Shown: positions 48,799 to 62,048 of the stretch, in pieces
How the letters are laid out: each line of letters begins with the position of its first letter
Numbering within the stretch: position 1 is the stretch's first letter
Assembly: GCF_902459465.1 (NCBI RefSeq)
Contig: NC_047081.1
Coordinates: 1,054,001-1,118,000, forward strand
Length of the DNA stretch: 64,000 nt
Direction: 5' to 3'
From: Asterias rubens
Lineage: Eukaryota
Translations under genes and position numbers: made by a program
Notes under the pieces: model-generated
Seen by the model: only the letters and a program-made list of their open reading frames with translations
What the model was told of the DNA's origin: nothing
The model's database searches: none

Positions 48799-51700
48799 AT
48801 GGTTTGTGACTGCTGTAAAAACCCATATTGTGAGTTCCTGTGGAGACATTATACTCCCGTTGTGCGAATATGGGGGATGGGAACAGCGGCAGGTAAGTTA
48901 AACAGCTATTTAGGGTAACTATTGAATTAGACCTTAGTTGTTTTTTTAGTGAGTGAGTGAGTTCAGAGTTTAATCAGTGAGTCAGTTCAACAGTTAAGTT
49001 AAGTTTTTTTTCATCTATTTATTATGAAAGTCACTCATCCGTTTCAAATTGATGGAGTGGGCTATTTATAGGGCCACTGATTTTCCGTTTCAGAAAAGTG
49101 CAAATTCCGTTTGGCAAAAACATGAATTCCGTTTCAGGCACAAAAAATTCCGTTTCATGTTTTGTTAATTAGATAAAAGGTTTTTTAATACCCAGGGACA
49201 CACTTATAAAAATCAATTTGAGATAAGTTGCACTGTTGACTTCGTAAAATGTTCATTTGAACTGACAAATTTCAAAAAAATACTTTAATTTTTTTATATT
49301 TATAATTGTGGATTATTTTGTATACTGCTGTTCGATGAAACAAAAACATGTAGTCAGGGTAAAAAGGTTGCACTGTGACTGCAGTATCAATGCACATGAT
49401 GTGATAGACTTGATTCCAAGTCTAAAACTGCAGTTGATTCTCTGCATCAGCCACATTGTAGGCTAATGACAGGAGTGTATCCACAAGAGGGCGCTGTTTC
49501 AGCATGATCAAAGACTTGGGAACAAGTCTATGGACGTGACCGTTCTCCATCCACAAACAAAATGTCAGCCATTTTGTTTTCGCTTTGGCGACAGAATGTT
49601 GACAGTTTACGGTTTTATTTTAGACCTTTCCGAGATGAAAAAACATTGTATGTGTTCTTATAGATCATAGGTAAGCTAGTTTTTCTATTATTGTTAGTAA
49701 AAGAGAGGGAGAAAATGCAATTTGGGTGAACAAAAAAAGTTAAAAACGTGCCGCGAATAATATGCCCTTCGCTTAACCATGTTAACAACGTGTGTACATC
49801 ATGTGTACATCATGTGTGTAAACATGGAGGATGGTGTGAAGGTAGAACAGAATGATCCACGGTTACGATCTCGTACGTACTTTGGTCTGATTTCTGATGC
49901 TTTTTTAGTTTAACAAAAAGAATCTTAATAAAGAATGCAATTTCAATAGTTTTGGCGTCAAGGAAAAAAATAAAAAAAATCAAATTTTCTGAAATCCCGT
50001 TTTCCGTTTCAAAGGGCGGATTCCGCGAATTCCGTCCGTTTTCCGCGATCGCGGAAAATCAGTGGCCCTATATTTAATTTATTAATTGATGAATGGGCTG
50101 GTCCTGCAGTGGCTTGCTGCACTTGCAATATTTTAATGTATTCATGAAGTGAAGGATGGATTGCAGTTTGTTTTTACAAAATATTACAAATTTGTTTATC
50201 TTTTTTCATGAAGTAGATGAATCAATGTAGATTTGAATTTGAATTGAATAAATATAAATTAAATTACATCCTTATTTGGGTATTCCTTGCTCAACATATG
50301 GGGAAAATGTCTGTATCTTGCCACCACTTTTACATCATTCGTTTCTGAAAAAAATTAGAACATAATAATTTATAAATAGGCCTACGTAGGCCTAGCTAAG
50401 GGCGCAAGGACTTGGACCTGGGGAATTGAAGGTTTGGTAAAAATTACTGAAAAAGTGGCAGGAAAATACAGCAATTTTTCCCTTGAGCCATATGAGATGA
50501 TCATGAATTAATCTGGATATTTAACGCGACAAGTGATCTCCGACTTAATAACATTTATAATGTAGCTTGTGAAACGTTAGTTAGCAGGTAGGCCTACCAA
50601 AAACAATCCATATGTAATTCACTTTTAGTTTAATCACTAATCAAAATGTTTGGGTTTTTTTATTCTCTGGGAAGCTGGCCAAATTTCAATTTGTTAATAT
50701 GGATTGTTAAGATAATTCAGTGTGTGTATAAATGTGATAAGAAAATAATTTTGTGTTTAAAGATATGTCTTTTTGTTCTTTTCTGTTACAGCTTTCTGGG
50801 CTGTTGGGATCACAGCATTACAAACGTCAGACTTCTTTGGTATATACTTTATGTGAGTAGTCCCTCAATACCGGTCCTACTACTTGCCGTCAACTCGCCA
50901 ACTTGCCGTCAACTCGCCGTCAACTCATTTTCGTGCCGTCAACTCATTAAATTTACATGAAAAATCTATAAAAAGGGGGCACAGAAGTGATAAGTCTGGG
51001 CTAAACTACATATTTCTCATGGTTTTCGGTACAAATTCATTCACAAAAACGACTTTGTGTTGATAAAAAAAAAGTACCAATCATTGACATCTTGGGCCAA
51101 GACTAATCATTGTGAAAAAGCAAGACGGCGGCCGACAGTTGTTTGGCTTCGAGAATTTTTTTTCACGAGAAAAAAAATCAATTTTTATTCCGAAATATGA
51201 CCTAAAACTTACGCGAATGCTCTTTGAGCTGATACTTTACATTTCTATGCTTCTTTTGTGGATTTTAAATGTATATTGGAGGAGTTGACGGCGAGTTGAC
51301 GGCGCAAGTGAGTTGACGGCGAGTTGACGGCAAGTAGTAGGACCCCCTCAATACAGTTCAGTAATTTTCTGAAAAAATATATAAAACCTAACGCCTTTGA
51401 AGCACACGTACATTGGAACATTCCAATGATTTTAGCGTGGCTTAGTGAACTCATGACTGAACAGGTTCCATCAATTAATACATGTAAATGTGTTTATTTC
51501 GTTTACTACAGAGTTGTTGCGTCAATCATCACATTACTGGAAGTGATTTTCTTCTTTGAACCCTGTTTTGAAAAATGTTGCTCGTAAGTACACTTTTATT
51601 TCACTTCATATTTGTATGTACATTTATTCTGGACGGAAGCCAAAGAAAAGGAAGGAAGTTTCAGTTTTAGAGGTGGAAAACCCATGCAGAGACTGAAAAC

Positions 51701-54700
51701 CCAAATCCATGTCGTGCCTAGTCTTGGTTCAGGACTCTCCTGGATTTGTAACAAGAAAGCGCGCTATCACCCCCAACGCGCTATCAACCACGAACCGCTA
51801 TCACAGGAGAGTCTTGGAACATTCGTTAAATCTCCCCCCAAAATCGGGGAGAAACATAATGCGCGTGCGTAGGTTTCCCGCAGAGCCCGCCCCTTTTTGG
51901 GGGGGGAGATTTAACGAATGTGGCAAGACTCTCCTGTGATAGCGGTTCTCGGGTGATAGCGGTTCGTGGTTGATAGCGCGTTGGGGGTGATTGCGCGCCC
52001 TGTTGTGACAAATCCAGGAGAGTCTTGAACCAAGACTATGTCGTGCCCTGCTGGACTTTTCACCCTTTTTCTCATTGAAATGTTTCTCATCAGACCCGAC
52101 AGTTGCTGTGGCAAGACATGGACCATCGTCTCGTGGCTGGATAATTGGAAAAGAAGTGCCATCTACATTGCACTCTCCGTCATATGTTATCTTGACAGTA
52201 AAAACATCTGGGCGATAGTTGCTGGTAAGTGCTTGAAACTCCCCAAAACTTAGGCTGTAACCAACTTAGCGGCTACAGCTGCGACTATGACTGTTGCTGC
52301 GAGTGTTGCTGAGGGCGTATCATACTTCAACGTAGGATTAAGCCTAAATCAAGACATAGCTGTAGACGCTAATTTAGACATGGCCTAACCCAAAATTTGA
52401 CCTGTCTAAAGTGTCCAATGAAACATTTTCAAAGAAATATTTGGTTTTGGTTTTGTCAGCCCCCCATCTTACTAACCACAATGACTATGCCATTCTACTT
52501 ACCACTTACCCCCCCCCCCCCCCATCTAAACTAATCCTCCAGCCTGTGATCTTTAGCTAAACTAACCACCCAGCCTGTGGTATTTCGTGTAACTAACCCC
52601 CCAGCCTGTGGTATTTTGCTAAAACTAACCACCCAGCCTGTGGTCTTCTGTGTAACTAAGCCTGTGGTATTTTACTAAACTAACCACCTAGCCCTTGGTC
52701 TTTGTAACTAACCACTCAGCCTGTTGTCTTTTGTGTAACCAACCGCCCAGCCTGTGGTCTTTTGTGTAACTAACCCCTCAGCCTGTGGTATTTTGTGTAA
52801 CTAACCCCCCAGCCTGTGGTTTTTTGCTGTACCCAGGTTGCTTACTGTCCCTGCATGCTGTGCTATGTGCCATGCTTGTTTGTGTCTCGGCTCGAGGGCA
52901 GACCCAAGCGCAGAGAGACGTAGAGCGTGAACGATACCAACCGCTCTCCACGCACATCTAGATTTTCATTTGTAAAATTTTGACAAATTTCTTGACATCG
53001 GGGCCCAATTTCATACCTCTGCTTAATGAAGCAAAGAATTACACTTACAGAAGCAGGGAATTCCACGCTTACATTTCAAGCGTTTTTCACTGGTTAGCAG
53101 GGCATTTTTGCTTGTGTGCATGCTTACTTGGCTTACACAGCTAGCTCAGATATTCAGTAAGCGGACAATAGTGATCGTAATCACAGAATTTGTCGGTAAG
53201 CAGAGCCATGAAATTGGGCCAAGTTGTGAAGTTTATTGTATAACTCGCATTTATGGCTAAAAAGCAATCACTGTCTAACCAAACGTTTACTTGATTCAGT
53301 TGCAAATGTCACACAGCTTGTATGATATAATTTGTTTTTTACCCTTACACCAATGTGTTTTAAGCACTGTATACTCAGCACTTCCCTGAGTTTTGTAGGA
53401 AAAAAACACAGGAAATTCACTCAGATGGGAATCAAAACCCACCATAGCTGCACCCAGACCTATTTGCATGATGGTAGGGTGTGTTTTCTGAAATTTAAAG
53501 ATGACATGGAAGTAACTCTTCCAAATAATGTGCTTTCTTAAAAAAAAAACCAGTTAATTGTGAAACTGAAATACATGTATATTCCAGATTGTATGAAATT
53601 AATTTTAACTCTAGACATTTTAAAGTTATTTATTTATAAAAATTATGTTTATTGTTCCATCGCTTATGAAAACTGCCATTCAAGTAAGATCAACTGTGGT
53701 GCTAAATTTTGTCTGTTTTGTGTTCAAAGAAAATTAACCAGACCGATACTTTTTGGTTATATCAGGCCAACTTGTTGAACTTGGGTTAAGTTCTGACTGC
53801 TCTGCTGTCAACTAGTGTTGAGAAAGGTCCATCTTTTCTTTATTATAAATGCATTTATTACATGTACATGTACACATGTATAGTCTTCCTTCTTTGCAGG
53901 CCTGGAATTTCATTTTTTCAGGAGGGCAAGGCAATTTTTATTTTGCAATGGGCGCTTCCATTAGAAAGTCTAATGACCTCTGTGGCATTTGTTTAATTTG
54001 ACGGCCTTCGTTAAATTACAGCTCTTTAACAAAAATTAAACCAGATTTAACTTTTTGTGTATAACATTCTTTCTTTGAACTAACAACTTGTATGTTTAAT
54101 CTGTTTTGTGAACTTATGTCTAGTTTAATGCATTTTAATATTTATTGAATGATTAGTTATTTATTATAATATGTTTTTACACCTACACTCAAACTTTCCT
54201 GAGTTCTGTGAACAAAATTAATGGGTGGCTTTCAAACCCACAACCTTTGCATTGCTAGATGTCTTTCCAATAAACCACCGAGCTAACTCGATGGCTAGAG
54301 GCAGTACGATTTTATTGATGTCCTCTTGTCTACAAGAATAAATCTTGAAGTTATTGAAAAAGAGAAACACTTAATCTTGATCAGTTTGTTAAAAGTGTTA
54401 TAGCATGTAGGATGAATATTTAACCTTTTGATTTTAAGGGGTTTTAATTTTTTATAACTTGAACAATTTCAGACAGGCGAACCAAATTCTGCATTAAGTA
54501 CATAACAATTCTTTTTTAAAAGTCTAAAACAGTTAGAAATTACTGGTCACGCTACAAATCAAAAGTTATTCTGGAACGCCTCGGTTTCAGAAGTCGAGCC
54601 AAGGTAATTGTTATGTCTGAAACAAAACATTAATTTGGTCAACCTAGAGTCGCTCCTAATCTATTTGGTTCGGCACGACTCAAACATATGTTAGTTTATC

Positions 54701-55047
54701 TTGTCGATTAAGCTAAAGCTATTGTAGGCTTTGTGTTGTTATATTTATTAAGACTTGGTGCTCTTCCATCTACAGCGGTGGTATTAGACACCCTTGCGAT
54801 ACTCTACATGCTGCGTACGTATCAGCAACAGGCCATCAGACACGCCGGCGACCTGTCACCCGAGGAGGGTGCTCCGTCCGCCAGTGGCTACTCTCGTTTT
54901 GATGAAAAGAAAGCGAAGAAGGAAACGGATAGCCTTGTGGCGTCCTCAGTGGAGAAAAGGGAGCGCAAAGAGGAAAGTACAAACCCATTTGATGATGATG
55001 CCGACCCCGAAGGCGACGCTGGGATTTCAAGGTACCCACAGTATTAA
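48799..55047 (+). CDS. TMEM72: TMEM72-like / Flower(CACFD1)-superfamily small multi-pass membrane protein, 209 aa; join(48799..48892,50792..50852,51512..51583,52094..52224,54776..55047)
   Basis: Five GT-AG exons join in frame (630 nt). VRIWGMGTAAAFWAVG, TLLE, WKRSAIYIALSVICY and the hydrophobic pattern resemble TMEM72/Flower proteins. Charged C-terminal tail with an NPF motif. The symbol is a by-eye similarity. Confidence 0.7.
49069..50070. mobile_element. ~1-kb non-autonomous TIR element (hAT-like)
   Basis: TIR tagggccactgattttccg / cggaaaatcagtggcccta; clustered subterminal ttccgttt repeats; TATTTA on both flanks. Confidence 0.75.
50872..51345. mobile_element. 474-bp TIR element with 9-bp TSD
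   Basis: ggtcctactacttgccgtcaactcgcc / ggcgagttgacggcaagtagtaggacc; CCTCAATAC at 50863-50871 and 51346-51354. Confidence 0.85.
51719..52038. mobile_element. 320-bp fold-back element with 9-bp TSD
   Basis: tagtcttggttcaggactctcctggatttgt / acaaatccaggagagtcttgaaccaagacta; TGTCGTGCC at 51710-51718 and 52039-52047. Confidence 0.88.
52535..52830. repeat. ~30-35-bp degenerate minisatellite (aactaaccacccagcctgtggt...)
   Basis: About 9 imperfect units. Confidence 0.85.
53001..53220. mobile_element. gggcccaatttcat-family MITE
   Basis: ggcccaatttcat / atgaaattgggcc TIRs. Confidence 0.75.
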
Positions 55048-57131
55048 AGAGGTTAAGAGAAGCTGCTTATTTTGGAACGGTTCTCTTTAAACCCCAGTCC
55101 CAATTTCATAGCTCTGTTTCTGCAAAATATTTTGGGAAAGCTCCACAAAAACTCAGAAACTATTTATCCTTTTCTTCTCCAATGGGTGTGTTTACATTGA
55201 ATTTCAATGCACTTGGATCATAAATTTAATGAATGAGCAGTCAACCTGCCTGGGTCAGTTACGACCTCTACTGCTTTGTGCATGTTTGGAATGTGCTCGG
55301 AATTTCCAAAGTGATCAGCAAACGGGCCAAGACATTTCTCCCCGGGGCAGGTGAGTCGGTGCAGGCGCTGTTCGTGAATTGGCCGCGGTGTGCGTGAAAG
55401 AAAAACGAGAAACGTCTTGCACCAAGACTACCCAAGGCCTGGCGCTGCATTACTGTGTTAGGGCGAAGCAGTTTCTCCTTAGTTCTATTTAGTCTCAGTT
55501 GTAAAAATTCACAAATTTATGCTTACTCAAATGTTTGGCAGACTATTTCTGGGTTTAGTCAAGAAAAAATGAATGCAAAGAAAGTTGTTAGTTAGAGTTT
55601 TATTTTATTATATTTTGAGACTAAATTAAGTGGAATATTTCTTCAGTATTCCTTGAATTACATTGATGTATAATATATTTTTGATAAACATTTACGTTTG
55701 TTAAAAACTTTTAGTTTACATAGTTTCTCTGCAAACTTGTGTATTAAAGTAGATCTTTGTCAGAAACTTTCTTTATCTCTAATTTCTCACTGTATTATTA
55801 CTGAAATAACGTAGCTTTCTTTTTATTCAAACTCAACTTTGAAAGTTGTAATTTCGGTGCAATTCTTCCTAACTATGGTTTGAGGTAACTTTGATCTTGG
55901 TTTTTCGGGTAAGTGTAAATTATTCTAATCTTTGTGGTGTCGGCATTAGTTTTTGTCTGTCGGTCAGATGTCTTGTAGTATTTATATAAACAAAAAAAAT
56001 GAATTGTAATAATCTTGATATGTGTTTCCCTTAGTATTCAAACTTTAACAGGGATACAAAATATATAGTTAAAAAAGGGATTTAACATTTCTCATTTTAA
56101 AATTGATACAAATTTAAAACTTTTATAGAGAACGTTTTCTTCAATTGAGCTTTGTCTAAATAAGTCCTACATAGAGTCCAGTCTGTGTGGCTCTCTTGTA
56201 ATGATGTCACAGGTCACATGGCCTACATCATCATGTATGTAGATTTTAAGCAATATTTTTTATAAACTTTGGTCACAGGTACCGTTACAAATTTGTGAAT
56301 GGTGGCAATCATTTTCCAGAAAAAAAGCAATAAAACATGGTATTTATTTTGTGTAAAATGTTTAACGACGACAAGCTTTCTAAACAAAAGTGCAAATGAA
56401 AACCCTCAACCCAAGATATTTGCTTCTATTTTTCTATAAAAATCTTCTATTATTTGTTGTTGTATACAGTGTAGTGGCAATAACTTTCATAGTTTAATAT
56501 TGTCAATGTTATCCAAAATGCAGGCATATCTGTTTTAGACAGTAGCGCCCTCTCTTGGGTGAAATGTTGACAGATCAAAACAAGGACTTCCACCAAGACT
56601 AGGTGTATAGATACACGCACGAAGAAAGACTAGCCAGAGTGGCATACACTAGCCATTGTACCTCCATGCACAGTGCAACTGAAGTGAGAGACTAGCAAGT
56701 ATCAGTATTGAATATCCATGAATAATACAGTTTCAATAAAAGTGGACGATGTCTCATTGAAGATCGTTTGGTTTCTTGTCTCATCATTTTTTATTATGTG
56801 TACCGTTGGATTGGATCTTGGTATAGTTTTGTGTGTTCCTTACACTCCTCTATTTTTTTATATTTTTTTTTTCGTCTTGTATCTTGAGATATATCGTAGG
56901 GCAGTCAGACTACGGGTCTTCCTTATGAAGAAAAAACGGCAAACAACTTCTCATCACATTCTTTCTGACGACGAACCAGCAAGGGACTGTGTGGCTGGAG
57001 CTTCTAAAAAATAATACGCAGCGCCCTACACTGAAAACGCTCATGACTTGCGAGTAATAATTGTTGTCAACCTCTCAATGTAAAACGTTAAACAATACGC
57101 CAGGAGCTTTGTAAAGTCAGTGAGAGTGACG

Positions 57132-60100
57132 TCACAGACTGCCATACGGGGAAGCCTTGACCAAATCTGGTGTGATTTCAGCAACTGATGAACAACCTGA
57201 GGTTAAAAGGGAAAAACAGAAATATTGTATTTTGTAATAATTTGTTTGAATCATATTTATTTCAATTTAAGCAGGTCCTCAACTACTTCAAAAAAAGGGG
57301 TTATTACCAGCCAGTGCCATTGCCAAACTGAACTCGTCTTTCAGGATATCTAGAACTTTCCTCACTCCTGCCTCACCCTGAAAAAAAAAATATAGTATAT
57401 AACAGAAATGAGATGTGTGATCCGATGAAACTGTATCCAAGTCGTGCATGTTTTTACATAAAACAACATTTATTGAAGCATGGAAACTACCCCAGCCCTC
57501 CCAGTGTGTACTTTTACCGATTCCCGTTTAAAACTTTGTTTAAAATGACCGTAATATTACTTACATTGTAAGCGAGACCCCAGAGTGCCGGCCTACCGAT
57601 GAAGACGGCTCTAGCCCCCATGGCCAGTGCTTTGAGTACGTCGGTTCCTTTACGGACTCCACCATCGAGATACACCTCAACGTTTGAACCTTTTACTGCC
57701 TCGACCACCTCTGATAATGAATCTATCTGTAATATTATATATTAGAACACCACAGTGATAAAAATCGGAGCGATCATTAAGTTCGTTTAGTCTACATGAA
57801 AAACGATTTTGATTGCGACTTTGATGATGAAACATAAAAAATAAATATATATAAATTATATTTTCAAGAAACTTTACTTTACCGTTGCAGCTACGCCATC
57901 CAACTGCCGTCCTCCGTGATTAGAAACTAAGATACCAGCAGCACCGAGGCTAGCCGCCATCTTGGCACTCTCAGCTACAAGAAAAAACACATTATTTGTT
58001 TGAGTTTTAAGGATTTTTGCCTCACCTTTTTTTGTACAATGTATGGTAGTCGAATTGCTCATTCGTGAGTTTCGGCGGGAGTATATTTCACTTTAAATGT
58101 TCCCTCACCTGTGAGTATACCTTTGAGAATGATAGGTAATGACGTAACACCCTGAAGCCATTTGATGTCGTCCCATGTACAGGCAGGGTCTATTGAGTTA
58201 CTGTCACACCAAGTCTCGCCTGGATGATTAAGAATGTTCGGTACCCTAGAAAAAAGTTAAACCCTAAACTCTTATAGAACAACTTTTGGAGAAATCAGAT
58301 CATTATAAGACAATTGAATGTACAACAGTAAATATATTAATGAACGAATTATTTGGCTCACTGGGGAACCAGATGGGCATTATACTTGAACATTTCCTGT
58401 ATCTGTGTACACTTCCCCGGGTCACTACGGGTTTAATGGGACTCTCCAGCTAATCGCAACAAACTCTTCCTAACTTAGGATGTATATATGAGGACTTAGG
58501 ACGAGTCACAGCCTTGCACTGTAGCATGTAAACCAAAAAAGGTAATCATAAAGTACGGACGAGTTACTCGTCCTAACTCGAGATTAAAGGACTAGTCACA
58601 CTAATATCAATCAATCAATCAATCAATCAATCAAAGGTCATTTGTAGAGCGCCAAAATCAAGAGTTAATAAAAACGATAACGATAACGACGCAAAGAGAA
58701 CGCATTCTATTGGTTGAATTGCTCCACGCAGAATACGCCCACGCTTAATCAACCAATCAAGGGCGTACTTTTTTAACGTTCTCGTTTTCGTTCTCGTTAT
58801 CGGGCCTGTGTGACGGGGCCTCTAACCTAGCGTTTCGTGAAATCGGCTGCTGGGGTACTCACTGCGTATGTTTAGCATACAATAATGCGTTAAGAGGTTG
58901 AGCTCGCTTCCTTCCATATACAGGCTGATCAATAGTCACAACTAGTGCCTTGTACCGCCCGGTAGCATCGACCCTCTTGATAATCTCCTCCGTCTTAACT
59001 CTGCTTCTTAAGATGTTGAGTTGCATGAAGAGAAGGGTGTCTTCGGGAACTGATGCTGCTACATCTTCAAGGGACTTGCTTGAGTATAAACTTAAGACCA
59101 TCACTGTGCCAGCGCTTGCTGCGGCTGCACACAGAAATACAGGAGGAATTTTGACAGAGTGATTACAAGTTTGCTCGGAACTCATCAGGTCTGGTGCTAA
59201 ATTCATCTGAAATTAAAGTATTTTTTCTGGAGAAAGAGAAAGAAAGCCTCGATTGTCTGTGTCTACAATACAGCGGCTAAATGTTTACAAAAAACATTCA
59301 TTTAAACTGCACTGCAAAAGCTGGATATTAAGATTTAATCAATAAATACCGGGGGAAATAATATCAAATTTTACACCATATGGTTTTAAAATAACACTAA
59401 TTTCTGCCGGCACAACATTACATTGGCGTCATTTAATATTATTTTATGATGAAAACTTTGAATGTCTCTCAAGTATCTATATTTTGACCACTTTACCTTT
59501 AACACATCGGTGTATGGGTAAAAACCCCAAAATTAACCTTACCTCTAGCAGTCGCCTTTTCCCCATCACCATGTATGACCCCATGGGTAGCAGTTGGACT
59601 GACCCCTACCGGAAACTCAATGTCAAGACCCAGGATGCTCGTTCGAGTCACACGGTTGGATACGTCACGCAAGTAACGGGGTCGGAGCCGATACCTGAAA
59701 ATAAAATTAAAATGCCCCCATTGGTTTATTTTTTCTTTTATTTTTTCCGTGATGTAGCTTTAATATTTAATGGGACTTTTGGGACACTGGGCGGCCCACT
59801 CGTGTACACTTTTCATCAAATATGGTGGCCAATGACGCCATAAAGCTCTGTGAAATTGGGCCCTGATCATTACAGTGCAGTAAAGACCGGCTCCCTATCC
59901 TCACCACACTGTTAATTCGCAATAAAGCAGCTGGAATTTGAATGCCTGCCTTATTAACGGCAACTCATTATTACAAAAATTATTGTTATTTTGATGGGGT
60001 GTTGTAGAAAGCCTACCTCAAAAAGGCCTTAACATTGTCTCGATGTGTCTGTCCCTCACCGGCTCCATTGCTGTAATAGTCGTACCAGGTAGCCTCCAAG

Positions 60101-60156
60101 CCTCGCTTTAAATACGGCTCAAAGTCAACAACACAGACGGACTCGTCTGCTGCCAT
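57132..60156 (-). CDS. HAO1: FMN-dependent alpha-hydroxyacid oxidase (HAO1/glycolate oxidase-like), copy A, 359 aa; complement(join(57132..57196,57308..57377,57565..57726,57883..57974,58109..58245,58863..59124,59543..59694,60017..60156))
   Basis: Eight GT-AG exons join in frame (1080 nt). Motifs [72 protein letters not shown]1 vs HAO2 orthology is not resolved. Confidence 0.93.
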
Positions 60157-61219
60157 GTTGTTGCAGTGCTAGTTCTGTCAATAACATACCATTGCAACTA
60201 CATGTATACGTGTACATTCAATAGTAATGAACAGATGGCCTGAAAGCAACCAGCTTTTATACACGCCTTTTTGTTATATCCTGTTTTTACATTAACTTGA
60301 CTTGAACTTGACCTTCAACCTCCTGGTGACAGACATAAGTCAATATTAACATTTTCCCCATTGTTCATGTTTGCTCATATTTTATAACTTTGTTGTAGTC
60401 ACCCGACATACACACACCATAAATCGTAGCCTTCCGTCAAGGCGCACACGGCATCCCCGGATGTCACACACAACCCCAGCTCCCGCTGGTCTTTTTTCAT
60501 GCGTGACACTCTGGGAGCTGCCGCGTGCGCCTCGACTAAAGGCTACATGAAGCCTGGTCCAACTTCTTAGCAGAGAATTATGTGAAATACCTTCCAGCTA
60601 TTGCACAAAATTAATATTCTGGTGGTAAGCATGATTGTGTTGTGCATGTACAGTGACTTCTTCTCTGTAAGTATAAACTTTGTGCCAAGGTTCAACTTTT
60701 TGTTTAAACATGGTATGATTAGACTTAGATCATCATGACGTTGTTTTAAACAGTACGTTTGTAAACGAATAGTGGGTACTCCGCAAACAAATAGGTCAGA
60801 AATTGACGCCCCCCCCCCTTGGCCCAAATTGACTTCAAACCTAAACCATGTAATGCATCCACTTAATGTACCATGTTCAACCCCCCTTACCCCGCCCCCA
60901 GCTCAGGAAAAAAGCTGCTGTAGGACCGCCAATATGGTAAGATTAGAACAATTGAAAATTACATTAAAGATTCATTGATTCGTTGATTAATTGACTTATT
61001 GATTGATATAAAAAAGACGAGGAATAACTAAGTACACAAAAAGCAGAATCCGTTTGCTGCCAAGAAAATTTTTAAGAAATATCCCATTTGTATCACCCAA
61101 CACTATTCACACATACAACACACATTACACAATGCACACTGACACTGCTATAATATTATTATAACTGAATTATTGAAAACATGGAGGTCTACTGACATTG
61201 CAATCATCTTAGATATTAA

Positions 61220-61585
61220 AGGCAGTGGACACTATTGGTAATTACTCAAAATACTTATTCGTGTAAAACCTTACTTGGCAACGAGTAATGGGGAGCTGTT
61301 GGTAGTATCAAACATTGTGAGAAACGGCTCCCTCTGAAGTGGAGTAGTTTTCGAGAAAGAAGTAATTTTCCACGAATTTGATTTCGAGACCTCAGGTTTA
61401 GAATTTGAGGACTCGAAATCAAGCATATGAACGCACACAACTTCGTGTCACAAGGGTGTTTTTTCTTTCATTATTATCTCGCAGCTTCGACGACCGATTG
61501 AGCTCAAGGTTTGTTATGTTATGCATGTTGAGATACAGCAAGTGAGAAGACTGGTCTTTGACAATTACCAATAGTGTCCATGTCT
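61220..61585 (+). mobile_element. Copy of the ~360-bp TTAA element family, between the two HAO genes
   Basis: ttaa|aggcagtggacac ... gtgtccatgtct|ttaa. Confidence 0.8.
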
Positions 61586-62048
61586 TTAATAATTGTATTT
61601 AAGTGCCAGCTTTCTAATAATAATATAACAAAAATAGATCGAGAAGACAAGACATAAATGCTGTCAGAGAGAATAGTTTTAGAAAACAAGTTGCAACGTT
61701 TACATGATACCCTTATATGATTATATTATATTTTTCTTATATTTTATATGTATTTAAGTCAATATATGACTATCAAATAATTGATAAGAGCGTCATTACA
61801 ATTTAAACGATCACATACAATTTTTAAAATAAAATTAGCAGAACATGGTACAACAGTATCCACCAATGAAAAATATATACAATAATATTTTTCCTATTTT
61901 GCAAGGTCCCATAAAACAAAATGTTCCCGAAATGTACTACAATGTTAAATGATTCATGATACATAAACCAACAAATTGCAAACGAAATTAATATTTTATA
62001 ACAATAACAATGATTTCCTAGGAGCTTTGGAAAGCACAAAAAATGACG

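Noticed and set aside
54733-54775. Upstream acceptor (attaag|54753) for the last TMEM72-like exon
   Set aside because: Gives an in-frame stop after 11 codons; the acceptor at 54775 has a pyrimidine tract and keeps the frame.
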